DNA of 64,000 nucleotides from Antedon mediterranea (GCF_964355755.1 NC_092670.1:19764795-19828794), one strand, 5' to 3'; counted from the stretch's first letter, positions 1-14,618 are shown. Numbers and translations are program-made. The notes: generated from the letters alone by a model not told the origin.

Positions 1-1491
1 TTGTCATATGACTATTTAATAGAGTACAATAATGAGTGTTAATTTATGTGAATTTAAGACAGGAATGTATGCGGACATACAAGAAATCAACAACAACCTT
101 TGATTGACGACTCATTTTATTATGGATGTTAATAAAGTATAAACTATAAAATACAATATGTATTAGTGAATGTAACAATATGTAAGTTATTATACATGTT
201 TTTGTTTGATTTCATACACTATTTTATAGTTTTATATTCATAGAAATATAATATTGTTGCCTTTATAATCGTTTACATTGAAAGTCGAAAATAAAACATG
301 TAACGTAGGTTACAACCACGATTCCAGTTGCGATCATTCATTTTGTTGACAATTTTACATTGATAAATATTATGTGAGGAAAATAACAGAGAAGTAAATA
401 TAGATGTTGCACTTTAGTTTAGTAACAATTATAAAATGTTTCGTCAACATTTGTTTTTGAGAATTTTCATTTCCTAATGTTGCTAATATACTGAGCCCGA
501 GCCTATAACCTATACATTTATCATAACTAAAAGAAACTCTTTCAAGTTACTTAACATGTGTTCATTGATGAGAACTCATTACTGTAATCTACTATCATTC
601 ATGTCAGATATCACTAAAACCTATTCATCTACTTATCATACATTTATTCGTTGCCCAAGTGAAAAGATTTGAAAATTGAAATGATAATGATAAACGAATA
701 TTAAATCTACGGTAGTCGTCTCACCTGCTGTGCAGTATATTCAATACAATATCAAGATAAATTTTTAAAATTACCTATATGCCGTCTTCCGATAGCGCAC
801 ACAGCGTATATATTTTGTCTAATATTATTTTAGTTTTTTTAGGATAGTTACATCTAAAAGGTATATATCATTTTGCATATTTTCCATATTCTATCAACTT
901 TATGTATCAATATTTCAAATATAAATCTTCTAATCTCTTAACGCCTAAAGCATGTGTCTGTGCAATAACCCTAACAAATTTCAAATATATGCATTTGGAA
1001 TATAATTATGCTTTCACGTATAAATGACACATAGTCTCTCCATACAACCACGTTCTATTCTTGTGTACAGCAGTAGTTCAATGTAAGAAATATATAACAT
1101 ACATAGTACTAAAGAATTATAATACCAACATAGAGCTAATTTTATAATCAATTCTACCTTCTACTGCATAAAAAAAAAAAAAATTTAAATTGTTAAATTC
1201 TTTTTATATGTTTTCATCAAATATTTTCAATATTTTTTAAATCATCGTCAATGTATAGCATACCATTATCAGTAAAAACTTATTGTTAAAACAAGTAAAA
1301 TCTTATAGAAAAGAAATAAGAATTTAATCAAGTATAATTCACTTACATCCATATTATTGATTGATTATTGATTATTAACAATATCTATTTACAAATCTCC
1401 AGTTGCTTAATAGTAATTAGAGGTAATTACACTAAGTTAATCAATTAATCAATAAAGTTTATTACTATTGAGTGTAATTTAGCATGAGTTT

Positions 1492-1798
1492 AAATCAAGG
1501 TAAAAACCAATATTCTTTATAATCATAGTATTCCCCACAAATATTAAGGGGACAACAAAAAGAAAACAAACATGTTTGTTCAAAGGGGTGCCTCAAACTG
1601 AAATCAAGGTAAAAACCAATATTCTTTATAATCATAGTATTCCCCACAAATATTAAGGGGACAACAAAAAGAAAACAAACATGTTTGTTCAAAGGGGTGC
1701 CTCAAACTGAAATCAAGGTAAAAACCAATATTCTTTATAATCATAGTATTCCCCACAAATATTAAGAGGACAACAAAAAGAAAACATGTTTGTTCAAA
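1492..1798. repeat. Tandem repeat, 109-bp unit x ~2.8
   Basis: Unit AAATCAAGGTAAAAACCAATATTC...GGGGTGCCTCAAACTG starts at 1492, 1601 and 1710; copies nearly identical. It explains ORF 1495..1692. Confidence 0.95.
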
Positions 1799-2510
1799 TA
1801 TGTAAATCTATTTTGTACTAGAACATTTTTTCATAACCAAAGGGCATGCTTTCAAAATTATTCAATACTTAACCATTTGTACATCTACAGATAGAAATAT
1901 TCAGTATATATTTTGTATATATTTCATATACAAAAGAATATTTTTAATGGAAAATCTGTAACTTAATACTACAAATAATTACAACATCATTACCAATAAA
2001 ATAAAATCATTTATTTCTAAGCCCCAAAGGATTGAACACATTTGCAGTTTATAGAATCAACCGACATATCATTAAAGCAAATTTCAGAGACGTTGTTTTA
2101 TTTATTCACCGACTATAAAATGCAATGTACATCACAAATTCCCACTACTCAAATAAATTCTAAACCAAGACTAAAATTTTAATGATATTGGTGTTGCAAA
2201 TATATTTTAACTCTAGATACAAATAATTTATAATGGGATAATATTATAAAAGAAAAAATCATATTTTAATAAATCTTCAAATACTGTATCAACCAAAACA
2301 AAAAATCAATTATATGACATTATAACTCAAATAAATTAAAAATTACTAGATGCACAAATAAATTTGAACTGTAAACTATAGACCCATATTTTTGTACAAA
2401 TAGATTTTAGACCAAAACCTCCTATCGGCATGTATTGCTCAATACAAGACACTATGGTATGGAATTCCAGAGATGTATTACTACTTCAGTGTAGTGAAAT
2501 CTATCCTTAC

Positions 2511-2669
2511 CTTAGTAAGCTGAGGAGGGGTTTTTGACATGATTTTCACCCAGCAAGGCTGACCTTCCCGAGCATGTAGCAAATGCGACGCTAAACCTGT
2601 GAGGCCTAGGTTAGAGGTGGACGTTGTGGATTGCGAAACAGCATCACTAGGTTTCACCGTCCCCTTCAT
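2511..2669 (-). CDS. Candidate alternative first coding exon (MKGTVKPSDAVSQSTTSTSNLGLTGLASHLLHAREGQPCWVKIMSKTPPQLTK, or MSKTPPQLTK from ATG 2540)
   Basis: GC-enriched island; open frame of 53 codons from ATG 2669 ending in phase 0 at strong donor AAG|GTAAGG (intron starts 2510). Protein not recognised. Confidence 0.5.
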
Positions 2670-4425
2670 CAGGCAACCGTTTCTCAAACTGTATACAATT
2701 TATCTTTAATAATAACCAAGCAAATGATGATGATGAACTCTGTCTCCTTACTCAGCATTGGATGAGCGTAGGTAACAAAATACCTAGCTAGGTCAGATAG
2801 GCTTAGAGATTCTGCTAGGCCCTCAGAGTAAAATAAACACAGTCGACAAGACCAGGCATAGGTGTCTACTGAAGCAACCGGTGTAGCTTTGTACATTAAT
2901 TTCAGTAATGATATAGTCGCTGGCAGAGAATAACAATAAATCACGACCGCATATCACACTACACATATCTCATTGAATCTTTCGCATTTCAAATGTGAAT
3001 ATGCAAATGAGATTTTTTCTAATCATCTGGCTGAAATCCCGTATATCCACTTCAGTACAACGATTGTTAATATTAACAAAACTCATGAACGATTATATGA
3101 CAAGACAATTATGCTAATTAAAACACAGAATCAAATGGAAAGTATACCTAATACATATCTATTATGCATTTTAAAAATATAATGTAACCAATATATATTA
3201 TCTCACAAAGGATCTTAATAAAATTATGTATGTATTAAAATTATGTATTAAAATTATGTACAAAATAATTACTAATTCAGCTGGAATAATTAATTAATTC
3301 ATAGACGTCACAATAGATTCACAAATAATTAATTATTAATATTTATTAAAAATCCTGTTGGAGTAAACAAAAACAGTTTTAACAAAAGATTGATGTCAGG
3401 TGATATATTATGCTAATTTATGCGCAGAAAAAATGAATACTACAATAAAATTATATTAATATTGTTTAAATTTAATATCTAATAGTTATAAAACAGCTGC
3501 CATTGGGTCGATAAGAAAAAACTTCATATATATTAAAAACATAATGGGATATAATATAATTGTAAGGAAGGAATGATTTTCAACAAATATGTAAAACAAT
3601 AAGTAATAGAATTATAAATATAAGAACATGTATGCCATGGTGTACAATACATAGTAAAAATAAAAAGAAATGTTTCTAAATGTTCGTGGTGGATTTAAAA
3701 ACAAGTTAATATAGCCCAGCTGTACTATTTAACTACACAATAGCTGGGTTCAATTTAGTTGATTAATAATAAATTTCTTGATTAGGTTTGCCTTAAAAGA
3801 CCAGCTCCTTTCCCGATGTGTGAACTATTATTATTATTATTAGTGGATTAGCCAATCTTATGACAGGATATGCAGGGGCAATTGAAGAACAACTCCTTAC
3901 TGAATTCTAGGGATCACACAAGAACAAAAGAACTTAACATTTAACAACAGCCAATCAAATCTGACATGTCTTTGTTGAGACAGCCACAGCAATCTGTGAA
4001 TAATTCAGTCTGATTTATTTATGTAGACATTTTGTGTAATTTTCATTAATTGATCTACTGCAGTTACTGCAGTAAATTAAATACTTGTTAGTCAAATATT
4101 GAGATATAGCTACATTTAATTCTGCAGTCAATTTCTGGATTTGTTGTTACAAAATTATTTTTGAATATGAATAACATATACTGTATTTGTAAAATGAACA
4201 CTGAAGTATTATGAATCATAACAATTATATCTATTAATTCTAAATATAAAAAGTATGCATTTTTATTTAAATAGTAAATACAAATTAAAATTGTTAATGT
4301 TATTTTTTCGAAACAACATAATTCATATTGAGTATATGAAGTATACAAATATGATTTAATGAAGATATTTAATACTAATGTGAACATTGCTGTATTCTCA
4401 TACTTAAATCTGAATTGTCATCAAA

Positions 4426-4590
4426 GCCCCGCCCCTTGACATTTAAGCAGAGATAAGCAGTCTATGATGATATTCTCCCATCAATAATATCTGTCTATTT
4501 ACAGAGTTGTTTTTGTACAGATTTCACACAGACAACGACCGCCAAATTGCCGGCGCAATAACAGATGGCATTCTGTAAAATGGCGTCCTC
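4426..4590. promoter_or_regulatory. CpG-containing promoter/enhancer-like island with GC box and YY1-like motif
   Basis: GCCCCGCCCC at 4426-4435, AAAATGGCG at 4577-4585, several CpGs in a CpG-poor background. Motif match only. Confidence 0.3.
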
Positions 4591-5533
4591 TCTTTAGAAC
4601 GACAATAAATCATAGAAGAGATTCATAACGGTGTGCATCTATATAGCACCTAAAGAAATGGCTGCGAAAACATATCATTTAAATTCTAAATATAGTTTTG
4701 AAATGTTTTAGGTTTGAGATTACGGATTAGTGACTGAGGATAGTTGAGTTATGTTCATCATTAAAGAGAGTTGTAAAATTCTAAATACATACACTGTAGC
4801 TATTTTCATCAGTGGTTCATAAGTATAATATGCCTTTTATGGAAATGTACCGTATTCCTATATTACATTTTTTTGTTTGAAAACTACAATAAAAACCTGA
4901 ATATTAACAAATGCTTGTTATGCATCATCACACAGAAGCCATATCTCGGAAAAATAAAATATCATGAATATTTTATAAAGCATATGGCAAAACCATTGAG
5001 GGCGCTATAATTTTTATAGAATACAACAAAGCATAGAGGGTGCTATTTAAAAAAAATCTTGGTCATTAGCTTCTATAGTAAACATGCACATTTGAGTTGT
5101 AGAAAATGCATCGATTTAAATATTAAATTTATGCAGGATGATTGTTGTATATCTAAACTTTAGTAAGCCTAATAATTTTTCCTATCAGAATTTATGGTTG
5201 GTTGCTGTTGCTCCCACCTCTGTACAGCGCCTAGATTATATATAATAATATACTGTACATTGTTTTATTTCTATATAAATCTACCATGTGCTAAATATAA
5301 ATTTAATTTGCGTGAATGAATGACTAATTGAAAATAGAAACCAGGCTGGTAGGTAATAATTCATTAATCAGCATTCCATAGCTGAGGTCAAGTAATGCCA
5401 CAGATGAGGTGCTAGGGCAAAGCTGCAGTAGAGATGCTAATAAGAGAATAGAGTAGAGCCAATCAAACCATTATCATGTAACACAATATAGAGGGCAGTA
5501 TAATGTCAACTTGACATTTTAGTAAACGAAAAA

Positions 5534-5735
5534 TGATAATAGAAGGATGATGGATATGCTTGGCTGATCAGATGTTGATGATAAAGATACGGTGTTGAAA
5601 AAGATGACATTAATGATATTATATAATGTTGATGTGATAATGATGATCATTATGATATTGTTGGTGAAGAACTTAATGTTGTTGGATGCTAGTTTTGTCT
5701 GGTAAACATCACAGATTTGCAAATGATGATAAAGT
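5534..5735. repeat. Degenerate GAT-rich low-complexity tract
   Basis: Repeated gat/gtt/aat triplets; explains ORF 5519..5722. Confidence 0.5.
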
Positions 5736-6362
5736 TCTTTTGATTATATTGCTCATGTTGACATAAAGACAACAAGAACCTAGTGTAAAATTAAATTAAG
5801 ACAATACAGTACTACTATATTTACTGATAATTAAGAAACTCATAAATCAAATCTTCATTTCTGAATAAATTATTCATGTTTTTTGTTTTTCCTCAACAAA
5901 ATATTGATTTCTTTTCTCAGTCATTTACATTTTCAATACACAGACATGATGAATCTTAAAACCACTATCACTCGTTTAAAGCGTGGATCAATATGAAATA
6001 CCGAAGACTAATTAAACTCGACTGATGATCAATATTCCCGCATTTCTCATCGTATGCGGCTGCTACGGTAATAAACGATGCGTAATCAGGGATTCAATGA
6101 CCGTTGAACAACACATTTTGAGACTGGTAGTGCAGATTAAGTTAGTACGCTGTTTGCCTGAAGCTTCCCGTGTCGCGCAAAGGACAATGAATGAGATGTA
6201 ATTGAATACATTTGTATGTAACAATGGACAATAGGATTGGCTTGTTGATATACAAAAATAGAGATGCACTCTTCATATATCATAATATATCGAAAACAAT
6301 ACTACTCTTGTAAACATTATAAATACAAGAAATTAATTCATCTTTTACATAAATATTAGCAT

Positions 6363-6638
6363 TTATGTTTCATTACTATTTGACATTAATAAATTTGAAC
6401 TTTCAAAATGTAGTTATTATAAAAATATTCTTGATCATACATTGTGTGTTTAAAAAGTACTTGAAAAATGGATTTTAAAGATGCAAGATTATCTTGTAAT
6501 ATGTGAAAACATTACTGTTTGATGTTAAACAAATTTAACTTTCAAAATATTGCTATAAAAATATTTTTGTTAATACATTGTTTAAAAAGAACTTGAAAAA
6601 TGGATTTTAGAGATGCAAGATAATCTCGTAATATATGA
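6363..6638. repeat. Diverged tandem duplication, ~140-bp unit x2
   Basis: AACTTTCAAAAT...CTTGAAAAATGGATTTTA.AGATGCAAGAT.ATCT occurs at ~6398-6500 and ~6537-6630. Confidence 0.8.
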
Positions 6639-7127
6639 TGGCTAATTTTTTATGACTACAAAATACACAAAGGAGATTTTGTTGTCGTTTACTTTCTCTA
6701 TTGATGTTAACACAGAGATTTGCTGTATTAAGGGATGAAATGATTTAGAAAAATATAAACAAAAGTGGTTAAATAAACCATCTGGTTCTAAGCGAAAATA
6801 AACAAAAGACCTTTGAAAACAAATTAAATTATATCCTTAGGGTATATGCAGCATAAAAGCCAATTTACTACAAGAATGATAATATTTAGGTTTTAAGCAG
6901 ATGAACAACATTATTAATCACTGTAAAAGTTAAATTGAGATAATTGTTTTTTCTTCTATACCAAAATTAAGGATAAATGTTGCTTTAACCAGGCAAGCCT
7001 AGCAACAAAATTACTATACATAAAGCTTTTTACAGCAATACTGAATGTTTTGCTTTTCATTCTGTCTAAAAACTCTAATAATACTCCCTCTCTATATATA
7101 TACACATAGTAGACAATTGGTACAAAC

Positions 7128-7220
7128 CTGCCGGAGTGGAACTAAATATCCAACAGATGATTTGGTCTGTGGTAGCATAAACTCTCTGCGGATGAAGGTG
7201 AATGCCGGTAGCGCCATTTT
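7128..7220 (-). CDS. Candidate coding exon (K)MALPAFTFIRREFMLPQTKSSVGYLVPLRQ; first exon from ATG 7217 or symmetric phase 0-0 cassette
   Basis: aaaATGgcg start context; 30 open codons to CAG|GTTTGT (phase 0). An in-frame acceptor ttgttcAG lies directly upstream (7222-7221), giving 93 nt. GC-enriched relative to flanks. Confidence 0.5.
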
Positions 7221-9068
7221 CTGAACAAATATCCTCATAAAAATTCAGATGTTCAATTCACAAGTGACAGTTTATGTTATCCAATAATTTGTCAAAGTAT
7301 GGGGAAATGGGTAAATGTACTTTTGTGGAAGATACACCTCATTTTACAATATGCATACACTACAGTTGAAGCATTTTGAAATTAGGTTTTAAAAAAACAA
7401 TGTTCTACATTTCACCATCATCAGCTTACCGTACATATTTGGTAGAGCAGAGCGCTATATTTATCTCTAAAATGTTGCACACATGAATTTAGTTCTTAAT
7501 ATGAAAAGCTGCATGCACAGAAAGTCTTCTGAAAAGCGTAATTGAAATAAATTTACTAATGGGTTTTTTTTCTCAAATTAATGATGCTCTCCGGGCATTC
7601 TAATGTTGAGACAAATGTGTTTATTTAGTCAAGATTTTAGAGAAATTAGTAGTAGAGTAGAGTATGGTTCGTTCGTTACCACTGCAAGATGTTCTAGTGA
7701 AAAAACAATAATAGATGCGTTAACGAAGTAAGATCCATATATTAAAATTCCTAAAATTGCCAGTTTAGAGTTTAAACATACTTGGACCCAAGTGTGGAAT
7801 CTTCAATATAAGTCCAAGAACACAATTGAATAATGCTTAAAATTGCTCCAAAAACATATTTCTAATAATGTTGCAATGTAGTTACTGTTGTATATATAGC
7901 AGGCAAAATGAAAACTGAATTGAAGTCGCAAGTACATCAGTAGTCTCAAAATGACTGCAAAAATATTCAAAACATCGGTACAGTACCTGTATGCAGTTAA
8001 TTCTATTAACGGTTAACAGAAGATTATATCCAGTATAAAGTCTGAATTCATTGCTGTAAAGGCATCTGAGTAACTTTTTCCTCAAAAAGCAATTAAACAA
8101 ATAACATGTACACAGTTTGTAGTAGCATCTTCAAAGTAATCTCAGCGGAAAATATAAAAATAAAGTTAAGTGGACCAGATCACCATCGAGAGAAAACACC
8201 TTTCTCTGTCAAAGTTGACAGATGCTTTACACACAAAAATAAAGTAATATCAATCTTCGAGATCAATAATAGAGATGGTGATAGAAGATTCTTCTCATAC
8301 CACGCTATGAGACTTCCTGCGCAACACCTGTACTCGCAGATTGAGGTGTGTGTGAGGCTACTCAGAGTTCACCAAACCTTGATGCATACACTTTTGCAAT
8401 AAACAAGAAAATGGAAGCAACCAACAATGTCTTTTCATACTCGTCAATAGTTTCTCTTATTTTTTCCCATCAAAAATGTATATATTGATAGACATTATAA
8501 ATGGACCTAATATCTCCAATGATTTTTAGCATGAAGAAACTGATCAAATAGAAGTTTTATCAATCAAAATTGTACTGTATCCAAAGGTAATTAGCTCTTT
8601 ACCGTTGTCTAAACATGCATGTGTCGCCAAGGGGAAAACGGGCGATTACAAACCTATCCAAACGTCTATGCGGTTCACAATGCTATCAAGAATTTAATTA
8701 TCAACAGAATTAGAATCTGTTAATAAAGTGCGTTCAGGCTTGTATAAATATTAATGAAAAATTAACAAATTTATGGCCAATGTTGTTACGATTGCATAAT
8801 CTTTAAATACATTTGAATGGAAGTATTTTAACTCTCTTTCTAGCATTTTCAAATTCACAGTTGTACTTAAGTATTGGTTATCAACAATTCATTAACAAAA
8901 TGATTGTAATTACAATGTAATATAATTTTAATTTGAAATGCAATAAACACGGATTATCTCTATTCAAAGGTATTCCAAAAAATTAATGTCCTAAACTATA
9001 TTAGTTTATTGGGGTGTCATACAGGCTGAGGTGTACAGCAACAGAAGATGTTTTACGGCATTAAACTA

Positions 9069-9249
9069 CACACCTGTAGCCATAGAGGCCAACCCCAACC
9101 CCCACCCATCAACTTTTTTCTCTAAAGAACCATTTAAATTAGAGACCAATATCAAAAGTGATAATATGCCAACTAGATTTAGAAGATAAATTAAGATTTT
9201 GTCATTTTGTGGAAAAAACAACCCCTATAAAATCCTGGCTATGGGTTTG
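9069..9249. mobile_element. Degenerate hAT-type MITE (CA.RCC.GTAGCCA...TGGCTAYGGGYYTG ends)
   Basis: Left CACACCTGTAGCCA vs right AAATCCTGGCTATGGGTTTG; similar right ends at ~42071-42090 and ~47269-47289. No intact TSD. Confidence 0.4.
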
Positions 9250-9576
9250 TACTATTAATTTAGATTTACTCTATCCAGTGTAAAAAAATAGCACAATAAT
9301 GCATTATGAAAAATTAGGTCTACTACAAGAACAGGACTAATGTTTAATTTCTTCACCAATATCAATATTCAATCAATTTGGAAATCCTATCAGGAATGCT
9401 ACTTTTACCTATAGGCCTACTTTTCACAGTTATGGAAATCTTAAACTGCAGAAAATAATTGCTTTTTATTATCAATAGTAATATATTCATTGAAACTTTA
9501 ATACATATTTTATAATGTAGAAAGATTAATAATGTTGGAAGCATTCAATGCTATACAGTACTCGATTTATAACTTA

Positions 9577-9610
9577 ATTGATACATAGAGATATTTCTCT
9601 ATGATTGATA
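9577..9610. mobile_element. P-superfamily-like excision footprint (CATAGAG family)
   Basis: ATTGATA + CATAGAGAtattTCTCTATG (9584-9603) + ATTGATA: 20-bp hairpin between perfect 7-bp direct repeats. Confidence 0.7.
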
Positions 9611-11557
9611 CGATAGTTCTTATTAAATCAATAATGAAAATCAGTAAGGGTTGGTTTGTACTAGTATAGTGATTGACTTCAGACTAGTATGTAACTTTTT
9701 TTCTCTTTTCAAAGTCCTCTGGGCTATGAGAAAGATTAGCAGCAAGACTCATGTGGTCTGTATTTTTCTCTACAGTATTTGTTAACAGATATGCCCACAG
9801 AAAAACCATGATCTTAAAAACAGTTTCAAAGACATTGATTCCGGCCTTGATTAACATGAACTGTCTTTAAATTGGTTTAGAACAATTTTTCCTCAACTCA
9901 ACCTGGCCAGTGCTGACCTCCACTCGGTCACACTATCCACAGAACTGTGTTGTAGGATTTCAGTACAGATGTTTGAAAGAAAAGGAAAACGGTTCGTTTG
10001 GTATTTTTCAATACAAACAGGCTTATAAATTATATTTTGGGTTTATTGGTAATTAGAGTATATGTATATTTGTGACATCAGCAAGACCAGTCAAATGCTA
10101 TAGGTTACAAAACTAAGTATAATATGAACTTTCTATAACTATGTAGACAAAATAATGCTGTTTAAATACAAATTAGTGTAGTTGCATGAGAAGCAAACAT
10201 TATCGTAAAGATATAAAAAACCCTAATCATTTCTACTTCGTCAAGAACTCGCTCCCACAAATCACTCTAAATTGTCTGATCATTACGACGTGCGCTGATA
10301 AAAAAAATGCTACTTAAATTCTAGTAATTGTACCTCAACAAGAACATACTTAATCAATATTGCGCTCAATGATTGGCCGACTTAATTAAGATCTAAATTT
10401 ATATTCTATACTTTATGATGAATATTATTTAGGAATTATATATTTCCTATAATCATGAATACATAATTTAATTTAACTGCCTTTAAATGATCACAATATG
10501 AGATTAAAATAATTATTCAGAAATAAATCGTTAGTTGGGAGTTTTTTATATATAAACTATACAAAAGATATATATTTTTGTAGAATAGAATAAAAAAAAA
10601 AATGCCTTATAAAAGATTATGTTCACTCCATGTGTATTTCCAGTGGCTATATTTACAATAACATTTAAAGGCATTGCTTTTAAATAGTAAGTATTTCACA
10701 TAAGTCAATAAAGATTTATTTATATTTAAATAGGAGAATATTAAATGTGTAAGGATAGGTATTTAGCAAATCTTGATACAACCACCGGATCTTAATCGTA
10801 TCCCTTCACTTAAGTCAATAAATATAAGGATTTTACTTGGTAAAGTGGTAGGTATTTACTTACTTGGATAGGAGAAAGAAAAAGTATTTTCATTAGCCTA
10901 ATGGTGAATAGGAATGTGTACGGTCCAACTAAGGACTATGGGAAATAAACTGAACTAAATGGTGCATGCGGCCACTTGATCCAAATTATAATTCATCTAT
11001 GTAACTGATATAAAATACAGTACTGAAATTTGGTTGTCTTGTAATGAAGAGATACATCATTTATGGGCTGTAGTCTAAGCTGAAGCTAGTATAATAACAA
11101 CTGGGTGAAAAACATTAATGTTTTGCAGTAATATTATTCATTACCTTTGTTATTAGTTGTACTGGTCCATTGATAATCTTAGGGGATTGTTAAATCTTAG
11201 GGCTTTGATTAATGTTCATGCTAGACATTAATATAATCTGTGCTTCATTAAACTTTCAAAAACTTTACCCAAGTTTAATATTTGTTTATTATTAAAGTTT
11301 CTAGAGAAAAGAAATTGAGCTGGGTAGAGTTAGTAATACTGTAAATTACAAAAAGGGTGAATGAAATATTTAAACACAAATGAAATATTTTAAACATAGA
11401 TTTTGTACATACCTGCTAATTTTTAATCATCAGATGTGTGTGGAGAATGCATACCATGATGAAAAACACACAGATGAAAAGATGGAATCAACATGTAAAG
11501 AAAGAGAGAAAAAAAGAAAATCCTTAATTAGTTTATTAATCTATATCTTGAATGTAA

Positions 11558-11693
11558 AGCTCTGTCTACACTATCAAACCAGTTAGACAAAAAAGTGTGA
11601 TATGCCCAACCGCCGAAATATGGTAGTGATATGACATTATCATGTCCATATATGGGCACATCACATTTTTTTGTCACACAAAGTTTGAGTAGA
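11558..11693. mobile_element. Short palindromic MITE, family AGCTCTGTCTACACTATCAAAC, copy 1
   Basis: Internal inverted repeat GACAAAAAAGTGTGATATGCCCA...TGGGCACATCACATTTTTTTGTC; related copies at 16771, 27002 and 42814. Confidence 0.8.
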
Positions 11694-14402
11694 TCCATTG
11701 GTGTGCGCTCCCCTTTGACAGAGAGAAATTATGAACTCATTTTTTATATATATTTTTTTAAACATTTTTGAGCGCTCCCAAGATTTAAAAAATCTACTCC
11801 TGATGAATTTTTATATTATACTGCAATACAAATTATTTCCGTTTCAAATGTAAAATGCTCTGGATTATATTATATTGCCACTGTGTCAAAATTCACTCAT
11901 TTCATCACTGAACTTTGTATACCTTTGATCAGCAATATTTACGATCGTAAAAAAAGCGTGATGGCGTATATTCATAACATTCTTAAATCAAGTAGCTGAA
12001 TTATTGATCAAGCAATTAACAAATCATGTGGACAACCAAACTTTGAATCATTGTTTAAATTTATTCAATTCTAGCCATAATTCAATTGGTTTGTAAAAAT
12101 AAGAATTGTAACCTAACTAAAGATAATAATATATAATTGTACATTAGTCATTTTGTAAAAAGAAATGATTTGAATGAATGTTTAAGATTTTCAAATATTG
12201 AGTTTTAGAGGAACCATATTGAAACATATTAGATGAACCACATTGTACCATTTCCAAACAGTAGTATCTTTGAAATCAGCAACTTTTAAATCTCAACTTT
12301 TAAATTTTTACTAAACAATTTGATTACTACACAAATTGAATCAATTTTTAAAATGGAAATTGTATTCCTTTCTTTTATTAAGTATTTTAATTTTTATATT
12401 GTATTAATTTATTTTCTTTAAATCTGGTAGTCAAGTGCTATACATTTGTATTGAAAATCCTCGATATTCAAATTTTCATCAAAAATGTTGTAATTAAATA
12501 AAAGGAAAATAAATAATATTAAAATCATTCATCCATCAACTCTTCTATTTTGAGATATTTTTTATATCCAGAATATTTCAACACAGCCAGCATTAATGCC
12601 TACAGTATTTATGTCTTTACTGCATACCTTTGCTAGGCCTAATGGTATTATATTTACACTAGTCACATCTCTCTTGTCAACAGCATGGTTGGTGTAGATT
12701 CTAGTGCTAAAGAGATTGCCATTTGCATACCATATATGGTGTTCATGCTGGTTTTAAGGCCAGGACATGAAAATATCTTAGTTTCTTTGTCCTTATTATG
12801 GATAAATTCTCTATAGTCTTACAGAGAATAACAACACCACTGAAAAGTGTGTTACTAGTCACCAAGGATTAAAATGTTTTATATTATTTAAACTCATAAA
12901 GGGAGATTTTCTATCACATTACATCAATCACATCAACAATGCACTGGTCATGTATTTTGAAACATGTCTTTGTAAAACCATGACAATTTTCCAGCAAACA
13001 AATGTTAGCATACTGTCAATTCTAAACCTAAACAACAAAATAATATTACTATACATCCTAGTGTCAAGATATTATACAACTCAAAATAGTATTGACCACC
13101 ATTATCACAACACACCAGGTGGTACCGGATGTCCCTTATAACTAATTAAAATGTGACCTTATTAACAACAGTTGGTGTGTACAGAGGGCAACATTTTAAC
13201 AATTAGTAAACAGCATTTTAATTACCAGAAAATTTCAATTCAGGTAATATAGTCTGTACAGACTATTTCTTATTTAATTAAATTCTTAATGACTGAAAAA
13301 CTGTGGATTTATATAGATTATATTAAAATGATATAAGGTAGAATTTAATAGTTCATTTCGTTGAGATAGTAGGTGTCTTCAAGACTTTTCGTAACTGGGA
13401 CTTTATTTCATTTGTTTTGGCCTATTACAAATTTGCTTTTTAATGACTTCATAAAAATATATTGTGAGTGATGAAAAAAGATTTGTGAGGGAAAAAGGAT
13501 AATAGTCAAGCCTCATGTATTCACTAATAATAATATATGAACTTTTAATTACAATTTAGAAATATTTTTGTGGACAAAAAATATTTGTTATCAATAGTTT
13601 ATCAGTCACCATTTAGTGTTAAATAAAAAAATGTAATTTGATATCCATAAATGACACCAACAAATTGTCCAATTTCACGCTAGAATGTGAATGTTGAAGG
13701 ATGTGAAAAGGAAAAATCACATCATTAGAAAGGTGATATTTGGCAAATCGTTATCATGTAATTGAACCTTGACATGACGATAACAATGTAAAACACACTT
13801 TTATTAATTTAGAAGTGTTATACTTGCTATAGTATAACTGGTTTAAAATAATATTGTATTCTATTGACAGGAATTAGTAGTAATAGTAACTGTCTTAACA
13901 TAGATATGAACATACTGCTTTGGACAATAAGGAAAGGTGCTTGAAATCAACTGATGGTTCTAGGAAATTAAACTAAAGCCCAAGACAAACAAGGACATTT
14001 ATTAGAAAATAGGAAAAGCACATAGGTAAATACTACTGTATTAGTACTATACAAACATCCGTAAGCTTAGGTAAAGCAGTTATAACACATTAGACTAAAC
14101 CACATAAATTCCAGCTTTAACAAAACAAAAGATTTAGATTTTGAGGACTTATACTAAAATTGGACCGTAAGTAAAAATGTCAAGAGGATCCAGATGTAGA
14201 GCTAACTACTAGCTATACACAAAGTTACAAAACATCTTTTATTAATACAACAGTATAATTTAAACGCTAATTAACATGGGTGCTTGGTAAGGTTGAACTT
14301 AACATGGTTAACTGAAAAAAAATTAAGATGGGAGAAAAACCCTATGCACCGAAGACAACTATATATCTGATAAGATAACAATATCGTAAAAAACAATAAT
14401 AC

Positions 14403-14618
14403 CTTCTGTAATTCCTTTTGCAACATAAGCATCTGTAACAATGGTTGTTGATGTTGTTGTTGAACAAAAACCATGTTCCCCATTCCATGGTGTGCTGAAG
14501 ATGATGTTGCTGCCATTGGAAGACAAAACGGTAGCTTATTTCCGGACGTTTTCGCAGCCAAAGCGGCAGCTGTTACTGGCATTGTCATCTCCTTCATAAT
14601 ATTACTAGTGGTTAACAT
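14403..14618 (-). CDS. Candidate alternative first coding exon, 72 aa, Ala/Gln/Met-rich (MLTTSNIMKEMTMPVTAAALAAK...QQQHQQPLLQMLMLQKELQK)
   Basis: Protein-like composition with polyA/polyQ tracts typical of regulatory proteins; GC-enriched. Composition switches to intron-like exactly at AAG|GTATTA (phase 0). CpG-containing 5'UTR/promoter-like DNA lies upstream at 14800-15500. Confidence 0.65.

Noticed and set aside
721-820. Two minus-strand donors (725 GTGAGA, 775 GTAATT) in a small CpG patch
   Set aside because: No ATG-initiated phase-0 frame; may be a non-coding exon but cannot be supported.
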